Both the position numbers and the translations under genes were made by a program. From Methanomicrobiales archaeon (GTDB lineage Archaea > Halobacteriota > Methanomicrobia > Methanomicrobiales > Methanospirillaceae), in contig JBAXMF010000001.1 of assembly GCA_037134435.1 (NCBI GenBank), positions 1-38,817 on the forward strand: a stretch of 38,817 nt of DNA. The letters run 5' to 3'. A model generated the notes under the pieces. The model was not told the origin of the DNA, did no database searches, and was given only the letters and a program-made list of their open reading frames with translations. The number at the start of each line of letters is the position of its first letter. Position 1 is the first letter of the stretch. Positions 34,228 to 38,817 of the stretch are shown piece after piece.

Positions 34228-34450
34228 ACTCCTGTAATCCTCTGCGGATGCCAGGATCACTGGAGAGCTTCCTTATTTCCCTGCATTACGCCTATCCTTT
34301 TTCCGGATGTCGCCAGTTCCTGCGATGTATCAGCAGGTGGATAAAAGGGGTCGGAATTTTCCAGGGCATGTTTTTTTTCTTCCGCAGTACTTCCTGTTCC
34401 CCGCAGGTAATAACCCAAGAGATAAATCCACTCCTGCTCATGAAACTGGT

Positions 34451-37400
34451 ATGCTGGAGGTCTCACCGCTCATGGAACACTACCTTGCGGTGCTTCAGAA
34501 TGGCCTTGAAGAGGCAATGGCGGTTGCACGTGCGGCGCGGGCACAGGGGCTTGACCCGAAGACCGTCCCCGAAATCCCGGTGGCAAATGACCTTGCGGAC
34601 CGTGTTGAAGCACTCCTGAATATCAAGGGTGTTGCGGCGCGTATCCGGGAACTGGAGGCCACGATGTCACGCGAAGAGGCGGCACTCCGTATCGGTGACG
34701 ATTTTGTTGCCTGCAAATTCGGTGAGAACGGTCCCATTGAAATCCTTGACCACGCCATCCGTACCGCAATGGCACTCCTTACCGAAGGTGTGGTTGCCGC
34801 TCCCACGGAAGGGATTGCCAAGATTGGTCTTGGTAAAAACGATGACGGCACAGAATACTTAAAAATTTACTATGCAGGACCCATCAGGAGTGCAGGGGGG
34901 ACTGCACAGGCACTCTCGGTCCTTGTCGGGGACTACGTGCGGCGTGCTCTCGGCATTAACCGGTATATCCCGCGACAGGAGGAAATAGACCGGTACATCG
35001 AGGAGGTTCGCCAGTATAACACCATCATGAACCTCCAGTACCTCCCGAGTGAGAAGGAGATAAGGCTTATCGTCACCAATTGCCCGGTCTGTATCGATGG
35101 TGAGGGGACCGAACGGGAAGACGTATCGGGGTACCGGAACCTCGCCCGTGTTGAGACCAATACTGTCCGGGGCGGGATGGCGCTCGTTCTTGCGGAAGGC
35201 CTGGCGTTAAAAGCACCAAAAGTCCAGAAGAACGTTAAAAAAATGAAAATGGACGGGTGGGACTGGCTCGACGAACTGATCAGTGGGACGACGAAAAGTG
35301 ATTCAGAGGAGACCGGCCAGGCGGGTGTAAAGCCAAAAGACAAGTATTTGCGCGACCTCATTGCAGGGAGGCCCGTTTTTGCCTATCCCATGCGGAAAGG
35401 CGGGTTCCGGCTACGTCTCGGGCGGTCAAGGAATACGGGCTTTGCCGCTGCAGGACTGAACCCTGCAACAATGCACATCCTCGGTGACTTCCTTGCGGTG
35501 GGCACCCAGATGAAGATCGAACGACCTGGAAAAGCGGCAGGGATTGTGCCGGTCGATTCAATTGAAGGCCCGACTGTCAGGTTAACGGACGGGTCCGTGC
35601 TTAGGGTGGATGACAGTACCCTTGCACGGGAGATCATGCCGAGAATCGAAAAAATTCTCGATGTGGGGGAGATCCTGATCAGTTACGGTGAGTTTCTCGA
35701 GAACAACCACCTGCTGGTCCCGGGAGCCTACTGCGAAGAGTGGTGGTTGCAGGAGGGGGGGAAAATCCGGCCTGAAAATGAGGTGGAAGCGATAGCGATG
35801 GCACGTTCCGGCGCCTGCCTGCACCCCGCCTACATGTATTTCTGGGACGACCTCACCTGCCTGCAGGTCAAGACGCTTGCGGATTTCATTGTAGATCTGG
35901 GATCGTTCGCGGATGGCGGCCTCACGATCCCGAATGAGTTCATCTGTAAAGGTATCCTTGAAGAGGCACTCATTCCGCATACCGTTTGTTCTGACCAGAT
36001 TGTTATCCGGGACTACCGTGTACCCCTTGCATGCCTTGGCCTTGGCAGTGACCTTACCCGGAATAAGGAATGGGTGGGTGCACCGATGGAAAACTCCCTC
36101 GCGCTTGTGACCCACCTGTCTGGTTTTACCATGAGGTCGAAGGCAGGGACGCGTATTGGTGGCAGGATGGGGAGGCCGGGAAAATCTGCTCCCCGGAAAA
36201 TGGACCCGGCCGTCCATGTGCTGTTCCCGCTCGGGGAAGCAGGCGGGAACCGGCGGTCCTTCCAGCAGGCGTCCATCCATATCCTGGTCGCCAACAAGGA
36301 CGGGGGCATTATTATTGTCGAGGCTGGTAACCGCCGGTGCCCTACGTGCAAGACCATGACGTATAAAAACCAGTGCCATTGTGGTGCGCATACGGACCCC
36401 GTGTTCAAATGCCAGAAATGCGGGCACGAGGGCGAGGAGACCGAATGCCCCGGCTGCCACATGGGTATGACCTGCTCTTCCACCAGCACAATCAATGTAA
36501 AAGAGGAGTATGCACAGGCAATATCGCGTCTTGGTATCAGGGAGGACCAGGTACAGCTGGTGAAAGGGGTCAAGGGGATGATCTCCCGGGAGAAGGCGAT
36601 CGAGATGATTGATAAGGGGATAATCAGGGCACAGCATGATCTCTTTGTCTTCAAGGACGGAACAGTCAGGTACGACATGATTGACCTGCCACTCACCCAC
36701 TTTCGGCCGGACGAGGCGGGCATCACCGTTCCGCAGGCGATTAAACTCGGGTATGAACGCGACTTGTTCGGGACCCCGCTGGTCGAACGGTCACAGGTGA
36801 TTGAGCTCCATCCCCAGGACATCCTGGTATCCGAGATCTGTGCCGATTACCTGGTAAAAATTACCCGGTTCATCGATATGATGCTGGTAAAATGCTATAA
36901 GCTGCCTCCGTTTTACAACGTCCAGACGAAATCAGACCTGCTTGGTCACCTCGTTATGGGGCTTGCCCCACACACGAGTGCCGGGGTACTCGCACGCCTT
37001 GTCGGGTTCACGAAAGCGAATGTCGGCTATGCTCACCCCTTTTTCCATGCGGCAAAGCGAAGGAACTGCTTCCATGGTGATACGGTGATCGAGGTCTATG
37101 ATGGGCGGTCGTGGAAGCGTGTCCCGATACGCAAGTTCGTGATCGAGAATTTCGATCTCAGTCAACCGGGCCTTGACCGCCTCGGGACGTATTATTCGGA
37201 CCCGAAGGCCTGTTTCTATACAAGGGCGGTTGATACCGGCGGGGTACTGCATGTGCGGAAGGTCACGTCCGTATCAATTCACCGGGCCCCGGCAGCGCTG
37301 GTCAGGATCGAGACCCGCAGGGGGAAGGAAATTGCAGTGACCCCGGATCACGCCATGCTGGTCTGGGATATCGGGTACCTCCGAAAAATAAAAGCAATGG

Positions 37401-38317
37401 AAATAAAACCCGGGGACCCGCTGCCGGTGATGGAAGGGATGAACATTATCACCGATTATGTGAAAAGTGCTGAGCCGGTTCCTTCTCCGGAAGAACGTGT
37501 CTACTGTCTCACGGTAGCGGAAGACCACACCGTGCTTGCAAACGGAGTTTTTACCGGGCAGTGTGACGGTGACGAGGACTGCATTATGCTCCTGCTTGAC
37601 GGCCTCATCAACTTCTCCCGGTCTTTTCTCCCCGAGACCCGCGGTGGTTCGATGGACGCGCCGCTTGTCCTGACGACCCGTATTGACCCTGCAGAAATAG
37701 ACAAGGAAAGTCTCAATATCGACGTGGGGGCGTCATACCCCCTCGAGTTGTACCAGGCAGCACAACAGTACACGCACCCGAAAGACGTGGAACACCTGGT
37801 AGACCGGGTGGAACGCCGCCTTGGGACGCCGGCCCAGGTGGAGGGTTTCTTCTATACCCACAGCACGAGCAACATCTCGGCAGGGCCTGCTGAGTCCACC
37901 TATACGAGGCTTGAGTCGATGCTCGACAAGCTGAATGCCGAGCTGAAACTGGCCGAGGAAATAAAGGCTGTTGACGAGGATGATGTTGCCGAGCGGGTGC
38001 TGAATACGCATTTTATCCGTGACCTCCAGGGAAACCTTAACGCTTTTTCAAAGCAGAAATTCCGCTGTACAAAATGCAACCAGAGCCACCGGAGGATGCC
38101 CCTTGCAGGGAAATGTATCAAGTGCGGTGGGAATATTATCCCGACTGTCCATGAGGGCTCCGTAAAAAAATATCTCTTGATGTCGCAGGACATCTGCAAA
38201 AAATACGCGGTCTCCGAATATACCCGGCAGCGTGTGGAGGTGCTCATCATGTCGATAGAGTCCACGTTCGGGACTGAAAAAGACCAGCAGATGGGACTTG
38301 CGGATTTCATGTCCTGA
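34451..38317 (+). CDS. polC: DNA polymerase II (PolD) large subunit DP2, intein-containing
   Basis: 1288 codons from the ATG at 34451 ([36 protein letters not shown]...). The ATG at 34472 is an alternative start. DP2 hallmarks are present: Zn modules CPTC...CHCG...CQKC...[15 protein letters not shown] / CDGDED, and the C-terminal CTKC...CIKCGG. Confidence 0.97.
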   Translation: MLEVSPLMEHYLAVLQNGLEEAMAVARAARAQGLDPKTVPEIPVANDLADRVEALLNIKGVAARIRELEATMSREEAALRIGDDFVACKFGENGPIEILDHAIRTAMALLTEGVVAAPTEGIAKIGLGKNDDGTEYLKIYYAGPIRSAGGTAQALSVLVGDYVRRALGINRYIPRQEEIDRYIEEVRQYNTIMNLQYLPSEKEIRLIVTNCPVCIDGEGTEREDVSGYRNLARVETNTVRGGMALVLAEGLALKAPKVQKNVKKMKMDGWDWLDELISGTTKSDSEETGQAGVKPKDKYLRDLIAGRPVFAYPMRKGGFRLRLGRSRNTGFAAAGLNPATMHILGDFLAVGTQMKIERPGKAAGIVPVDSIEGPTVRLTDGSVLRVDDSTLAREIMPRIEKILDVGEILISYGEFLENNHLLVPGAYCEEWWLQEGGKIRPENEVEAIAMARSGACLHPAYMYFWDDLTCLQVKTLADFIVDLGSFADGGLTIPNEFICKGILEEALIPHTVCSDQIVIRDYRVPLACLGLGSDLTRNKEWVGAPMENSLALVTHLSGFTMRSKAGTRIGGRMGRPGKSAPRKMDPAVHVLFPLGEAGGNRRSFQQASIHILVANKDGGIIIVEAGNRRCPTCKTMTYKNQCHCGAHTDPVFKCQKCGHEGEETECPGCHMGMTCSSTSTINVKEEYAQAISRLGIREDQVQLVKGVKGMISREKAIEMIDKGIIRAQHDLFVFKDGTVRYDMIDLPLTHFRPDEAGITVPQAIKLGYERDLFGTPLVERSQVIELHPQDILVSEICADYLVKITRFIDMMLVKCYKLPPFYNVQTKSDLLGHLVMGLAPHTSAGVLARLVGFTKANVGYAHPFFHAAKRRNCFHGDTVIEVYDGRSWKRVPIRKFVIENFDLSQPGLDRLGTYYSDPKACFYTRAVDTGGVLHVRKVTSVSIHRAPAALVRIETRRGKEIAVTPDHAMLVWDIGYLRKIKAMEIKPGDPLPVMEGMNIITDYVKSAEPVPSPEERVYCLTVAEDHTVLANGVFTGQCDGDEDCIMLLLDGLINFSRSFLPETRGGSMDAPLVLTTRIDPAEIDKESLNIDVGASYPLELYQAAQQYTHPKDVEHLVDRVERRLGTPAQVEGFFYTHSTSNISAGPAESTYTRLESMLDKLNAELKLAEEIKAVDEDDVAERVLNTHFIRDLQGNLNAFSKQKFRCTKCNQSHRRMPLAGKCIKCGGNIIPTVHEGSVKKYLLMSQDICKKYAVSEYTRQRVEVLIMSIESTFGTEKDQQMGLADFMS
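37067..37561 (+). mobile_element. 165-aa mini-intein in PolD DP2 (C-terminal Gln type)
   Basis: The insert sits between KRRN and CDGDED. It starts [10 protein letters not shown], has block B VTPDHAML, and ends [14 protein letters not shown], followed by the +1 Cys codon at 37562-37564. It has no endonuclease-sized domain. Confidence 0.9.
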
Positions 38318-38568
38318 CGGCTGGGAAAAGATTATCAATATTTTAGTGGCGCTGAGCCAGGGGATGTATGAACGGGCCCCAGGCTTTGTGAATAATTGCC
38401 GGCCCTTGATGAATTCGTCCACACGGGATCCCCGTGTCAACCTGCCCTGCACTGGGCGATACTTGCGATAAATCCAATTCAGCAGGTTGATCTGAGTTAA
38501 GCCCCAATCCGCGAGGGTGTCCCACGTGGCCAACACAGAAAAGGGCCCAACGGTATCAGTACCAGACC

Positions 38569-38773
38569 TTGGCATAATATTTTACCTCAAAATCTTTTAG
38601 TGTCTGCGTCCAATATGTTCTCGCGCGAGGGTATCTAAGTGGTCAACAGAGGCAGACTCAAGATTTCCTTGCCAAACTTGGCATAATATTCGACCTCAAA
38701 ATCTTTTAGTGTCCGCGTCCAATATGTTTTCGCGCGAGGGTATCTAAGTGGTCAACAGAGGCGGACTCAAGAT
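38569..38773 (+). repeat. Tandem direct repeat, 2 x 96 bp (period 109 bp), covering tRNA-Leu upstream region + 5' half
   Basis: Hand alignment of 38569-38664 against 38678-38773 gives 5 mismatches in 96 positions. The two copies are separated by the 13-bp spacer TTCCTTGCCAAAC. Confidence 0.95.
38625..38664 (+). pseudogene. Truncated tRNA-Leu 5' half (acceptor to anticodon loop), no T-arm
   Basis: It matches the first 40 nt of the downstream tRNA-Leu except for one G-to-A change in the anticodon stem. Sequence after the anticodon loop diverges, and no GGTTCAAATCC-type T-arm follows. Confidence 0.7.
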
Positions 38774-38816
38774 CCGTTCCAGAAGTGGTTCGCGGGTTCA
38801 AATCCCTCCCCTCGCA
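38734..38816 (+). tRNA. tRNA-Leu (anticodon CAA)
   Basis: Hand-folded cloverleaf:
- acceptor stem GCGAGGG/CCCTCGC
- D stem TCT/AGA with a GG loop
- anticodon stem GCGGA/TCCGT and loop CTCAAGA (anticodon CAA)
- long variable arm CCA-GAAG-TGG
- T loop TTCAAAT, with one C-U mismatch in the T stem
- discriminator A, no encoded CCA
The gene ends 1 nt before the window edge. Confidence 0.88.
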
Positions 38817-38817
38817 T

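Noticed and set aside
35582-36822. 372-aa and 269-aa minus-strand ORFs
   Set aside because: They are antisense to the PolD DP2 gene. They are shadow ORFs with Arg/Pro/Gly bias.
38048-38575. 175-aa minus-strand ORF as an intact gene
   Set aside because: Two thirds of it are antisense to the 3' end of polD. Only the first roughly 85 codons lie in spacer DNA, and these are discussed as a possible remnant.
1-38817. CRISPR arrays, IS elements/transposases, integrases, rRNA genes
   Set aside because: I scanned the spacers and the ORF translations. The only regularly spaced direct repeat is the tRNA-Leu duplication, and I recognised no DDE, tyrosine- or serine-recombinase motifs and no rRNA-like sequence.

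Overview
This is a gene-dense chromosomal segment from a methanogenic archaeon. Gene content points to a Methanomicrobiales-type hydrogenotroph: MCR component A2 with six methanogenesis-marker genes, cofD, PolD, type III RuBisCO, RadB, Cdc48 and archaeal AspRS. I make no species call. GTG and TTG starts are common, and many gene junctions overlap by 4-13 nt.

Left to right, the window contains:
- a partial cysteine desulfurase and a DUF1890/DUF1894-like pair
- a seven-gene minus-strand operon, atwA-mmp3-mmp6-mmp5-mmp15-mmp17-mmp7
- a HAD hydrolase, then ribose-1,5-bisphosphate isomerase, RuBisCO and dapF
- radB and larC, then cdc48
- a KaiC/RecA-like protein with a dead Walker A, then aspS
- an A/T-richer orphan gene
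- a fused MNT-HEPN protein in which both catalytic motifs are degenerate
- cofD, an HD phosphohydrolase and a small membrane-anchored protein
- a ubiX, ubiD-like and aconitase-X operon (archaeal mevalonate pathway)
- a DUF1646-like transporter
- a block of HEAT, DUF432-like, MscS and HEAT genes
- the PolD large subunit interrupted by a 165-aa mini-intein ending in Gln
- tRNA-Leu(CAA), preceded by a 96-bp duplicate of its own upstream region plus 5' half

I see no CRISPR array, transposase, integrase or classical defence island, and nothing here is a clear-cut new system. The most coherent multi-protein machine is the atwA/mmp operon, where Mmp5, Mmp6 and Mmp15 are still functionally open. The least explained sequence is:
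- the orphan gene, structured spacer and degenerate MNT-HEPN block (21.3-23.4 kb)
- the tRNA-Leu half-gene duplication
- two long ORF-poor convergent spacers (2.1-3.0 kb and 19.4-19.9 kb)
- a HAD gene whose conserved N-terminal motif has no start codon in frame
- a roughly 76-aa insertion in the Cdc48 D2 domain

All family names rest on reading motifs by eye and on recall. No database search was run.
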